DNA from: Acidimicrobiia bacterium
GTDB lineage: Bacteria > Actinomycetota > Acidimicrobiia > Spongiisociales > Spongiisociaceae
Direction of reading: 5' to 3'
DNA: 64,000 nt
Assembly: GCA_041576165.1 (NCBI GenBank)
Contig: JBFGLM010000020.1
Coordinates: 16,949 to 80,948 of the forward strand
Shown here: one piece after another, positions 28,168-37,902 of the stretch
Numbering within the stretch: the first letter of the stretch is position 1
Layout of the letters: every line of letters starts with the position of its first letter
Position numbers and translations under genes: made by a program
Notes under the pieces: generated by a model
Told to the model about the DNA's origin: nothing
The model's input: the letters and a program-made list of their open reading frames with translations, nothing else
Database searches by the model: none

Positions 28168-30308
28168 GCGTTCCGCCGAGCGATGTCCAGAGCCGGTTGG
28201 AGGAGGCGCCATGCGGGTACCTGGTCACGGATACCGACGGCTCCATTCGGTGGGCGAACGAAACATTCAAAGCGTGGACGGGCTACTCGCCGGAAGATCT
28301 GACGGGTCGCCGTTTCCGGGACCTCCTGACGAAGGGCTCGCAGATCTTTTATGAGACCCACCTCGGTCCGCTGCTGGGCATGCAGGGTCAACTGAGGGAG
28401 GTAGCCGTCGAAATCCGTCGGACCGACGGCAGCGTCATGCCGGTGCTGGTCAATGCCACCGTTGCACCTTGCGCATCATCAGGCGACAAAGAGGTCCGCG
28501 TGGTGGTGATCGACGCCACGGAACGCCGCTTGTTCGAGCAGGAGTTGACCAATATGCAGCGCCGGTTGCAGCGCCTGCAGGATGTGGCAACGTCACTTGC
28601 CGGCGCGCTGGGAATCGACGATGTCGTCGCAGTGACGCTGTCGGAGGCGGTCGATGGGATCAAGTCGGACGTGGGGATTCTGGGGCTCGCGCACGAGGAT
28701 GGGTTTCAGATTCTCGGCAATCGAGCCACAGCCGGTGAGGATCGCAGAGACTGGGAGGTGGAGGGACACGAGGACGTGCCGTTCGTAGCGGAGGTCATGG
28801 CTCGGGCGGTTCCTCGGTTTGTCGACCACGCCGCCGGGGGTCAGAAAGAGCTGCCGGCCGGGTGGGCCGGCGGTGCGCGCTGCAGCCGCGTGGCCATTTT
28901 GCCACTGATCGTCAATCAGCGATCAATCGGTTTCCTCTGTCTCGGATCGCTCGATCTGACCGTGTACACACACGGCGAGCGTGCATTCATGACTGCGCTG
29001 ACTGACATGTGCGCCCAGGCGCTGGAGCGGGCTCGGCTGCACGATCAAATCCAGACCAGGGCCGGCCAGACCCGGTTCCTGGCCGAGCTGATGGTCCGTC
29101 TCGAAGAGGTCATAACGGTGCGACAGCGCGCCCAGCGGCTGGTCGACTTCATCGTTCCTGAGCTTGCCGACTACGCCACCATCGAGATCCCAGCGATGGG
29201 TCCGGCACCGGTCGGCTTGCGACACCGCGATCCGGCGTTGGAGGACACACTCCGTCGCTTGCGCACCAGTGCCGCAGCGGGCGCGCAACAGGCGCACTCC
29301 CTTGCGGCAGCCCGCGAAACCGGCGAGCCGCAACTGTTGACGGCTATCGACTCCTCGATGTACCGGGCGTATGGACTTGACGCTCAGCAGCTGGAGTGGT
29401 TGGAGACGATCGCGCCTCGGTCCTATGTGGGATTGCCGTTGGTGGATCGAGGTCGAGTGGTTGGCTCGCTGATGTTGGCCCACTCCGAATCCGGCCGTCG
29501 GTTTCGGACTGAGGATCTGGAGTTCCTCACACGGCTCAGCCAGCGGGCTGCGCTGGCTCTCGAAAACGCTCGTCTCTACGAACACGAGCGGGACGTCGCG
29601 CGCCAGCTTCAGGCGTCGCATTTCCCGCGGGAGCTACCGGAGCATCCTGGGATACTCCTTCACGGTCTGTACCGGCCGGGGGCCGAACTGGTCGACATCG
29701 GCGGTGACTGGTACGACGCCTTCCAGATCAGCTGTGAGCGCATCGGTCTGGTGCTGGGCGATGTCGTTGGGCGGGGCGTCCCAGCTGCCGCCACAATGGG
29801 CCAGCTGCGGACTGCGCTTCGCGCCCACGCTCTGGAAGGCCACGGCGTGGCCTCGACAATCGCACGACTGGAAGCGTTCGCCACCACGATCGACGGAGCG
29901 CGGGCTGCGAGCGTCGTATACGGCGAGTTGGACACCACAACTGGCGTGCTCCACTACGCCTGTGCCGGGCACCCGCCCCCAGTCCTCATAGCGCCCGGTG
30001 AGCGCCCAAGGGTCCTCATGGCGGGTCGATCGCCACTGCTGGGAGTGGGGTCGGATGATCGCGCCGCGGGCCAGACCGATGTCCCGATCGGGGCCACGGT
30101 GTTGTTCTACTCCGATGGGCTGGTCGAGGATCGAACCCGTTCGATCTCCGACGGTATTGACGTCCTCAGCGACAACCTCGAGAAGAATCCGGATTTGGCT
30201 ACCAAGCTGGATGTGCTGGCCGACCGCATGGTGGCGAGCGACGAACCGGACGACACCTGTGCGCTATCCGTGACACGCTGGGCGGCGGAGCCTGACGCCG
30301 GCGCCTAG
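28164..30308 (+). CDS. RsbP-like PAS-GAF-GAF-PP2C (SpoIIE) phosphatase
   Basis: EAPCGYL...IFYETHLGPLL PAS; two GAFs; GGDWYD, GDVVGRG, AGHPPP, YSDGLVE, DDTC; GTGA overlap with rsbQ. Confidence 0.88.
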   Translation: MSVPPSDVQSRLEEAPCGYLVTDTDGSIRWANETFKAWTGYSPEDLTGRRFRDLLTKGSQIFYETHLGPLLGMQGQLREVAVEIRRTDGSVMPVLVNATVAPCASSGDKEVRVVVIDATERRLFEQELTNMQRRLQRLQDVATSLAGALGIDDVVAVTLSEAVDGIKSDVGILGLAHEDGFQILGNRATAGEDRRDWEVEGHEDVPFVAEVMARAVPRFVDHAAGGQKELPAGWAGGARCSRVAILPLIVNQRSIGFLCLGSLDLTVYTHGERAFMTALTDMCAQALERARLHDQIQTRAGQTRFLAELMVRLEEVITVRQRAQRLVDFIVPELADYATIEIPAMGPAPVGLRHRDPALEDTLRRLRTSAAAGAQQAHSLAAARETGEPQLLTAIDSSMYRAYGLDAQQLEWLETIAPRSYVGLPLVDRGRVVGSLMLAHSESGRRFRTEDLEFLTRLSQRAALALENARLYEHERDVARQLQASHFPRELPEHPGILLHGLYRPGAELVDIGGDWYDAFQISCERIGLVLGDVVGRGVPAAATMGQLRTALRAHALEGHGVASTIARLEAFATTIDGARAASVVYGELDTTTGVLHYACAGHPPPVLIAPGERPRVLMAGRSPLLGVGSDDRAAGQTDVPIGATVLFYSDGLVEDRTRSISDGIDVLSDNLEKNPDLATKLDVLADRMVASDEPDDTCALSVTRWAAEPDAGA

Positions 30309-30366
30309 CCAGCCCCAGTTTGTTGCCGGCTGGGTTGTCGCGGCTGTACGCCGCAGATATCGCTGA

Positions 30367-30930
30367 TCAGGCGGTGGCCGGCTGCGGCCCTGGGTAGAGC
30401 AGCCGCTCCTTGGCGAAGCCTCGGAGGGCCCGGGTGGCCAAGACGGTCACGAACAAGTTGATCGCGAAGTGCCACCACACCCGATAGCTGCTCGAGAATG
30501 GTCCTGCAGATACAAGGCCAAAGAAGGTCGAGATCCCGATCGCCTTGCCGAACATGACCCAGGTCGCAGTGAGTGCCACATGCTCCGCCACGTGGACCCC
30601 CTGCCACATGATCGCTCTCTTCAGCAGCAGGTGATCGTTGATCGACAATTGTTTGCATACCAGCACTAGGCACATGCCGATCAAACCGACGAAGAAGATG
30701 CCGTTCCCGATCAAATGAAGCAACTCGGTGCCGGTGGCGCCGCCGCCGGCAAGCATGTCTCGGCCGAACACGGCCCATGGCGTTAGCCACGGTGCCTCCA
30801 GCGGATGTGCGAACCAGTATCCGAGCTGTGCGACATGCTCGACAAAATGAGCTACCTGGAAAGCGACGCCGGCCACGGCGATGTAGGTGATCGCCCGAAA
30901 TGTCCGCGCGCTGACGCCTGCCCTCAACAT
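30367..30930 (-). CDS. His-rich membrane protein (DUF6008-like)
   Basis: QVAHFVEHVAQ...ELLHLIGN...QGVHVAEH...WWHFAIN in TM helices; AGGAGG RBS. Confidence 0.6.
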   Translation of the reverse strand: MLRAGVSARTFRAITYIAVAGVAFQVAHFVEHVAQLGYWFAHPLEAPWLTPWAVFGRDMLAGGGATGTELLHLIGNGIFFVGLIGMCLVLVCKQLSINDHLLLKRAIMWQGVHVAEHVALTATWVMFGKAIGISTFFGLVSAGPFSSSYRVWWHFAINLFVTVLATRALRGFAKERLLYPGPQPATA

Positions 30931-31235
30931 GGGTGTCCTCCTGAGCCCCCAGCAATGTCCCGGTATCGGAAGGTGACGACGGGACGACCGACTATTCCTA
31001 GATTGTCATAATTCCGACAAAAAAATGTAACACATCTTGGACGTTTGGAGGACACGAACTGGTTTCCGGATCCCTGAAATATCACCGTCTCTCGGTCGGC
31101 GCGGGAGCTCTCCGCTGTGGCCGAGCCGGCCGCTGCGCCGGAATCGTTTCGCTCCAGGCGGGCAAGCGCACCCCTCTCGAACGTCAGGTCCCTTGGCCCT
31201 ATCAAGCGGTGGGCGCGACGGCATACCTTCACAGT

Positions 31236-31715
31236 ATGAGCTCGGAACAACGCAAACCTCCGTTCACCCCGCCCGGATGGCTCAACGCCGTTACTCGCAC
31301 TGTTCTGCGTACGCCGGGGCTCGAGCGCCTCGTCGGACGCTCGACCGCCCTCGTCACCTTCACGGGGCGCAAGACCGGGAGGTCGTATACGACGCCGGTC
31401 ACCTACACCCGCCGGGGCGACCGGGTGATCCTGACTGCTCATCCATCACGACAATGGTGGCGCAACCTGCAGGCCCGCCCGCACGTCGGACTCCGGCTCG
31501 CGGGAGTTACGTTTGCCGGGACGGCCCGGGTGGCGCCGCGCGATGGTGCGCTCACCGCGCTCACCTCCTTTTTTGAGGATCAGCCGATGGCGGCCCGGGC
31601 CGCCGGGTTGAAGAAGGACGCAACCGGCACCTTCAACGCGCAGGATCTCGAGGATCGCCTCACCGACACGGTGGTTATCGTCGTCGACCTCGCACCCGTC
31701 GACTCGACCGTATGA
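31236..31715 (+). CDS. deazaflavin(F420)-dependent nitroreductase (DDN)-family protein
   Basis: FTGRKTGRSYTTPV...WWRNL. Confidence 0.8.
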   Translation: MSSEQRKPPFTPPGWLNAVTRTVLRTPGLERLVGRSTALVTFTGRKTGRSYTTPVTYTRRGDRVILTAHPSRQWWRNLQARPHVGLRLAGVTFAGTARVAPRDGALTALTSFFEDQPMAARAAGLKKDATGTFNAQDLEDRLTDTVVIVVDLAPVDSTV

Positions 31716-31783
31716 ACGCAGGCCGACGGGGGCGGCGGCCGCCGGCCGGGTCGGGGGCCGTGCGACCCGTATAGGCTCGGGCG

Positions 31784-32956
31784 ATGTCGCGTACCCGTTC
31801 GGTGGGAGTCACGCTGGCCGTCTTGACGCCGGCTCGCCTGGTGCTCAACTCAGCCCATCGGTTCGTGTATCCGTTTCTACCGGTAATCGCGCGCGGGTTG
31901 GGCATCTCTCTCGAGTCGGCGGGAGCCCTGGTGGCAGCTCGCTGGGGAGTTGGCATGACCACCCCCCTGGTTGTGCGGGGGGTCGGGCCGGAGCACCGGC
32001 GCCGGTTGATCCTCACCGGGCTCTGGTTGTTCTCCGTTGGGGCGGTGGTGACCGCTGCCACGTCAGTGTGGGTCGGTGCGCTGTTCGGCTTCGCGGCCAT
32101 GGGCCTGGCCAAGTCGACTTTCGATGTGTCCGCCCAGGCCCACATTGCCGACCGGGTTCCTTACCAGCGGAGAGGCCGGGCGCTCGCAGTCATGGAACTG
32201 ACCTGGGCCGGCGGCTTCCTCGTAGGGGCGCCGTTCGCAGGCTGGTTGATCGATCGCTCCGGCTGGCAGGCGCCGTTCTGGGTGCTGGCCGGTTTCGGCG
32301 CGGCCTCGGTCGTCGCAGTCATGGTGCTGATCCCTCACGACGGGGAAGTGGCTGGGAGGATCACCGGACGTCTGGACCTGGACCGGTCATCGTTCTCTTT
32401 GCTCGTGCTCATGGCGATGTTCTCGGGCGCTTCCGAGCTGATGTTCACGTCGCTCGGTGCATGGCTGGAAGGTTCATTCGGGTTGTCGATACTGGTGATC
32501 GGAGGCGTGGCCACCATCCTCGGTTTGGCCGAGCTGACCGGGGAGGGAAGCGTCCTCCTCATCACCGACCGGCTGGGAAAACGTCGGGCCGTGGCGGTCG
32601 GCCTGGCCCTAGCCGCGCTGGGGTACGCAGGTACGGGAGTCTTCAACGCCGGCTTGGTCCTCGGGCTCGGCTTCTTCGCACTCGCGCTGGCGGCATTCGA
32701 GTTCACGATCGTGTCCGCGATCCCGCTCGCCACCGAAGTGCAACCCCAAGCGCGCACCCAGTTTCTCTCACTGGGCATATTGGCGATGGGTGCCGGGCGA
32801 GCCATCGGTGCCCTTTTCGGGCCCCGCCTCTACGAAGCGTTCGGAGTTGCCGCCAATGCCTGGGTCGCGTCCCTCTGCAACATCGCCGGTCTGCTGCTGT
32901 TGTTTGCGCTCGTCGAGGAAGGACACACAGCGTCTGTTACCGAGAATGTGCCATAG
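31784..32956 (+). CDS. MFS transporter
   Basis: About 12 hydrophobic helices; ADRVPYQRRGRA and TDRLGKRR loop motifs. Confidence 0.88.
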   Translation: MSRTRSVGVTLAVLTPARLVLNSAHRFVYPFLPVIARGLGISLESAGALVAARWGVGMTTPLVVRGVGPEHRRRLILTGLWLFSVGAVVTAATSVWVGALFGFAAMGLAKSTFDVSAQAHIADRVPYQRRGRALAVMELTWAGGFLVGAPFAGWLIDRSGWQAPFWVLAGFGAASVVAVMVLIPHDGEVAGRITGRLDLDRSSFSLLVLMAMFSGASELMFTSLGAWLEGSFGLSILVIGGVATILGLAELTGEGSVLLITDRLGKRRAVAVGLALAALGYAGTGVFNAGLVLGLGFFALALAAFEFTIVSAIPLATEVQPQARTQFLSLGILAMGAGRAIGALFGPRLYEAFGVAANAWVASLCNIAGLLLLFALVEEGHTASVTENVP

Positions 32957-33203
32957 GAAGCAGAATCCGGGCCACAGCAGGGGATTTCGGCCTCTGTGCA
33001 GCTGACGAGCGCCCTCGTAGAATGCGAGAGTACGGGGAGTATCCCGAACAGCGCAGTCGTCAGGACGGCCAGATGGCCCGGCTGCGCCGGCCCCCAGGGC
33101 GGGAGAGACCGACCATGATTGTTGTGGATGGAGGTCTCTCATCAATGCCTGATCAGCACCCTCAGCTCGTGAGCCGGGGCGCAAGCATGGTGGTGGAGGC
33201 CCG

Positions 33204-35921
33204 GTGACGAGCATCCAGGCGACCCGTCATGACCGATCGTGGTGGGCCGAAGAAACTCAGGCCGTCGTGGATGAACTCGCGACTGACCGCGACACGGGGC
33301 TTTCGGCGGTTACTGCTCGGAGTCGGTTCGAGGAATACGGACCCAACGAACTCGGTGCCGAACCGGTCCGACCGCCGTTGTTCATCTTTGGATCGCAATT
33401 CGCCAACACAATGATCGTCGTCCTGCTGATTGCAGCGGTGATCACGCTGGTCATCGGCGAAGTCAAAGACGCCATCGTGATTGGAGCGATCCTCACGCTG
33501 AACGCGGTTATCGGGTTCGTGCAGGAGTACCGGGCCGAGCAGGCCATGGCTGCGCTGCGCACCATGGCTGCCGCCACTGCCAGAGTCGTGCGGGGCGGGG
33601 TCGAGTCCACGATTGCCGCTGCCGAGCTCGTTCCCGGGGACCTCGTCATCGTCGAGGCCGGCGACGTGGTTCCTGCCGACGTGCGGTTGTTGGAGTGCCC
33701 GAACCTGCGGGTCAACGAAGCTCCGCTCACCGGAGAGTCGGTACCGGTGGACAAAGCACCCGAGCCCATCTCCAAGGACGCCGGGGAGTTGGTTGCCGAC
33801 CGGCGCAACATGGTTTTCAAAGGGACGTCCGTGGTCTACGGGCGCGGCGTTGGTGTCGTGGTCGCCACCGGCATGGACACTGCGCTCGGTCGCATTGCCG
33901 GGTTGCTCAAGGCACACCAAGCACCCCGGACGCCGTTGCAGCGGCGTTTGGCGGTGCTGGGGCGATGGTTGGCAGCCGCCGCACTCATTGTTTGCGTCGT
34001 TGTGTTCTCGGTGGGGGTTCTGCGGGGCCAGGACGTGACCTTGATGTTCTTGACGGCCGTGAGTCTGGCTGTCGCTGCCATACCCGAGGCGCTGCCGGCC
34101 GTCGTGACGATATCCCTGGCGTTGGGGGCCCAGCGGATGGTCAGTCAGAACGCGCTCATCCGCAAGCTGCCGGCAGTCGAAACCCTCGGATCGGTAACAG
34201 TGATTTGTTCGGACAAGACCGGGACGCTGACGCAAGGACGGATGCTGGTCGAGCGGGTGTGGACACTCGACGGCGAGCTGGGAGTGACCGGCAACGGCTA
34301 CGAGCCAAGTGGCTTGATAACCCGGGGCGGTGAACCCGTCCAGGTTGTACCGGACAGTCCGTCCGGACGGCTCCTACTGGCCGGCGCGCTGTGCAACGAC
34401 GCCTCGCTGGTGGCGCCGTCCCAAGCGGGAGGCGATTGGGAGACCGCCGGTGATCCAACCGAGGGAGCGTTGCTGGCGCTGGCCGCCAAAGGGGGGTTCG
34501 ACGCCGACGCGGTGCGGCGTACAGCTCCTCGGGCCGCCGAGGTGCCGTTCGATTCGGCTCGCAAGCTAATGGTGACGCTGCACCGGGATCCGTCGAGCCA
34601 GGGCCTCATTGCGGCCAAGGGAGCGGTCGAGGCGGTCGTGGCAGCGGCCGGCTCGGTCGCCGCAACAGCGGGGGACCAGCCCTTGACCGATGGGGTGCGT
34701 GACCGGTTCCTGGAACGGGCGACCGCTTACGCAGGTGAGGGCTATCGGGTGCTCGCCCTGGCCGGGCGCTTCACCTCCGATGGCGGCATACTCGACCTGG
34801 CGGACACGGACCTGAAGCTGGTTCTGTACGGGCTCGTGGCGATGGCGGACCCGCCCCGCCCGGAGTCTGCGGCGGCAGTTGCAGCGTGCAAGTCGGCCGG
34901 CATAACGCCGGTCATGATCACCGGTGATCATCCGGCTACGGGTGAAGCGATCGCAAACCGGCTCGGGATTCTCGACGGACGGCAGGTCGTGACTGGTACC
35001 CGACTCGTCGCCGGACTTGATGCCGACCTCGCCGAGCGTGTCGATCGGATCGGTGTCTACGCCCGCACCTCTCCTGAACAGAAGCTGGACATTGTTCAGG
35101 CCTGGAAGGCGCGCGGCGATGTGGTGGCCATGACGGGGGACGGCGTAAACGACGCTCCCTCGTTGCGAGCGGCCGACATCGGGGTGGCGATGGGTGTTGC
35201 CGGCACCGAGGTCTCCAAGGAGGCGGCCGACATGGTGCTCATCGATGACAACTTTGCCACCATCGTCGCCGCGGTCGGCGAAGGACGTCGCATCTACGAC
35301 AATATCCGGCGTTTCGTCCGATACACCTTGACCTCCAACTCGGGTGAGATCTGGGTGATGTTCCTTGGGCCTTTTGTCGGGTTGTCTTTACCGCTACTTC
35401 CCGTTCACATCCTGTGGATCAATCTTGTCACCGACGGCCTTCCCGGGCTCGCATTGGGGGTCGAGCCTGCCGAACGCGACGTAATGCACCGCCCGCCGCG
35501 TCCCCCGACCCAGAGCATCTTTGCGCACGGCTTGTGGCAGCACGTGCTGCTGGTCGGTTTGTTGATGGGCGTGATTCCGCTCGGCCTGGGCATTTGGGGC
35601 TCTGCCACGGGCCGGCCGTGGCAGACCATGGTGTTCACCTCGCTGGCGCTCCTCCAGCTGGGCCACGCTCTGGCCGTGCGGTCCGAAACTGAGTCGCTGC
35701 GGTCGCAGAAGCTGACCACCAATCTGGCCTTGCTGGGAGCGGTGGCGGGCACGCTCCTCTTGCAACTGATCGTTGTGTACTGGTCGCCGCTGCAAAACCT
35801 CCTCCGCACCGATCCTTTGAGTCTCCTGGAACTGGGTGTTGTCCTGATCTCCTCCACCCTGGTGTTTTGGGCGGTTGAGCTCGAAAAAGCCGTCCGGCGT
35901 CGGGCCCGGCCGAAGGCGTAG
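33204..35921 (+). CDS. P-type cation-translocating ATPase (P2A, Ca2+/CtpF-like)
   Basis: TGES, IPEALP, CSDKTGTLT, MITGD, GDGVNDAP, WINLVTDGLP. Confidence 0.95.
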   Translation: MTSIQATRHDRSWWAEETQAVVDELATDRDTGLSAVTARSRFEEYGPNELGAEPVRPPLFIFGSQFANTMIVVLLIAAVITLVIGEVKDAIVIGAILTLNAVIGFVQEYRAEQAMAALRTMAAATARVVRGGVESTIAAAELVPGDLVIVEAGDVVPADVRLLECPNLRVNEAPLTGESVPVDKAPEPISKDAGELVADRRNMVFKGTSVVYGRGVGVVVATGMDTALGRIAGLLKAHQAPRTPLQRRLAVLGRWLAAAALIVCVVVFSVGVLRGQDVTLMFLTAVSLAVAAIPEALPAVVTISLALGAQRMVSQNALIRKLPAVETLGSVTVICSDKTGTLTQGRMLVERVWTLDGELGVTGNGYEPSGLITRGGEPVQVVPDSPSGRLLLAGALCNDASLVAPSQAGGDWETAGDPTEGALLALAAKGGFDADAVRRTAPRAAEVPFDSARKLMVTLHRDPSSQGLIAAKGAVEAVVAAAGSVAATAGDQPLTDGVRDRFLERATAYAGEGYRVLALAGRFTSDGGILDLADTDLKLVLYGLVAMADPPRPESAAAVAACKSAGITPVMITGDHPATGEAIANRLGILDGRQVVTGTRLVAGLDADLAERVDRIGVYARTSPEQKLDIVQAWKARGDVVAMTGDGVNDAPSLRAADIGVAMGVAGTEVSKEAADMVLIDDNFATIVAAVGEGRRIYDNIRRFVRYTLTSNSGEIWVMFLGPFVGLSLPLLPVHILWINLVTDGLPGLALGVEPAERDVMHRPPRPPTQSIFAHGLWQHVLLVGLLMGVIPLGLGIWGSATGRPWQTMVFTSLALLQLGHALAVRSETESLRSQKLTTNLALLGAVAGTLLLQLIVVYWSPLQNLLRTDPLSLLELGVVLISSTLVFWAVELEKAVRRRARPKA

Positions 35922-35977
35922 GAGCGCCAGCTCGCCCAGCGGAACGGGCGTACGATGTTCACCACCTCGCCCGGGAT

Positions 35978-36369
35978 GTGGCTCTGAGTCAGCGCGGGGC
36001 TCGGAGGGATGGCGTCGCTGGCTACAACAGGAGGCCCGGACAGGACAGGAGGCGGATGAAGAACGGTCGACCCGCGACCGTCTCCGGAACGACCTCGACT
36101 TCCAGGAGAGCAACCGGGCCCGCGTGGAGCGCTTCGGGGACGAGGCGCCCGTCGATTCCAACGTCGTCACCACAGAGGATGCGCAACGGCTCGCCGCACA
36201 AACCGCGGCGGCGGTGCAAGGCACGGAACTTGGGGTCGCAGAGGCTGAGGCCCGAGAGAACCAGGCCCGTTCGCGGCTCGAGCTAGCTGACGAGCGCATG
36301 CGATCGGCCCGCCGGACCGATGAGGAGTGCAGCAAACGCTCCTCGAGCAATACAAAGCCGACTGCATAG
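35978..36369 (+). CDS. hypothetical coiled-coil protein or fragment (start unclear)
   Basis: E/R/A-rich helical frame 35875-36369 filling the gap between ATPase and PPK2; no clear start. Confidence 0.25.
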
Positions 36370-36439
36370 CGGGTCGGTAGGCCGTCGGCAGCCAGTCGGG
36401 CCGGATCGCGACACGCATAGCCGGATCGAACCCGATAGC

Positions 36440-37258
36440 GTGAGGTCCGTGACTGGAATCCAGCGGGATGCCCGGGATCGCAGCCTGGCGCCACCTTTAG
36501 CCGACGTTGACCTGACGCCAAAGCTCAAGAAGTCGGACGAGCTCGAGCGGCTCAGGCTGGCGCAGGATCGTCTGCACCAATTGCGGCTCCAATGCGGTGG
36601 GAAGCTGGGCGGCGGGGCGCTGGGACCGCCGGTCACTTTCGTATTCGAGGGATGGGACGCAGCCGGGAAGGGGGGCGCGATCAAGCGGCTGGTCGCCCGG
36701 ATGGATCCCCGACATTTTCGGGTCGTCCAGTACGGGGCGCCCACCGCCGACGAGCTGCGCCACCACTGGCTGACCCGCTTCTGGCCTCAGCTACCGGGAT
36801 GGGGTGGTATGGCCATATACGACCGATCGTGGTACGGCCGAGTCCTGGTCGAGCGTGTCGAAGGTTATGCCAGCGATGAGCAGTGGGAGCGGGCGTACAA
36901 CGAGATCCGGGACTTCGAGCGGACCCTGCATTCCGAGGGGATGGTGTTGATCAAGTACTGGTTGCATATCTCTCACGAGGAGCAGTTCCGCCGGTTCGAA
37001 GCCCGCCGGCAGAACCCACTCAAGTCGTACAAGCTCACAGAAGAAGATTGGCGCAACCGAGCGAAACGCCACTACTACGAGAAGGCCATCGAAGAGATGT
37101 TCAAAGAGACATCGATCCCTGAAGCGCCGTGGATCGTCGTACCGGCCGAAAACAAACGTTACGCCCGTGCGTTCGTGCTGGAACAAGCGATTGAGATGAT
37201 GGAGGCCGGGATGCGGCGCCACGGCCTCGACCCGCTGCCGCTGCTCCGACGCGACTGA
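36440..37258 (+). CDS. ppk2: polyphosphate kinase 2 (PPK2) family
   Basis: FEGWDAAGKGG Walker A, DRSWYGRVLVERVEG, YKLTEEDWRNR; start uncertain (ORF open from 36320). Confidence 0.92.
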   Translation: MRSVTGIQRDARDRSLAPPLADVDLTPKLKKSDELERLRLAQDRLHQLRLQCGGKLGGGALGPPVTFVFEGWDAAGKGGAIKRLVARMDPRHFRVVQYGAPTADELRHHWLTRFWPQLPGWGGMAIYDRSWYGRVLVERVEGYASDEQWERAYNEIRDFERTLHSEGMVLIKYWLHISHEEQFRRFEARRQNPLKSYKLTEEDWRNRAKRHYYEKAIEEMFKETSIPEAPWIVVPAENKRYARAFVLEQAIEMMEAGMRRHGLDPLPLLRRD

Positions 37259-37270
37259 CCGAATGTCGGG

Positions 37271-37792
37271 TCAGGGGAGCCCGGCGATGTACGTGACGAG
37301 GCCGTCGATCTCTGCGTCGCTCAGGGTAGAGGTGTAATTTGACGGCATGATGCCGCTATTGAACCCGCTGGCGACCGACGCGTTCGGGTCGACGATCGAC
37401 TCGCGCAGGTAGGCCTCGTCGATCGTGCGTCCGTCGGGCGCCGTGGAGCCGAACAAGCCGGCCCAGGTGGGCCCCACCCGTTCGCTTCCATCAATCGAGT
37501 GGCACGCAAGACATCCCACGTTCTGAGCGATCGTGGCACCGTCGACGTCGAGGTTCGCTGCGCCCTCGTCGGCGGCCGGGGCCGACTCTGACGCCGCGGG
37601 CATCATCGGCATCATCGTATCGGGCCTGTGCGAGGCCTCGCGCGACACCAGGACCAGAAACAGGAGGCCCAACACTGCGAAGAAGCCTGCCAGGACTCCG
37701 ATTCCGAACAGCGCACCACGTGGCGGGGGCTGGAGCGTATCCGGATCCGCGTGAATCTCGTCTGCTTGGTGCATGGTGGCAGTTGACGACAT
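37271..37792 (-). CDS. membrane-anchored monoheme cytochrome c
   Basis: TM helix, CLACH, GPTWAGL, YLRESIVDP, IMP axial Met. Confidence 0.9.
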   Translation of the reverse strand: MSSTATMHQADEIHADPDTLQPPPRGALFGIGVLAGFFAVLGLLFLVLVSREASHRPDTMMPMMPAASESAPAADEGAANLDVDGATIAQNVGCLACHSIDGSERVGPTWAGLFGSTAPDGRTIDEAYLRESIVDPNASVASGFNSGIMPSNYTSTLSDAEIDGLVTYIAGLP

Positions 37793-37902
37793 CCCGGTGA
37801 CCGAGGACCAGGGCAGCAACGTCCATCAGGCCGGGCCGAATGACCCTAAAAAGCCCGGCCGTGCGTGCGGATCATGGGTCAACCCGATTAGAGGATGACG
37901 AG

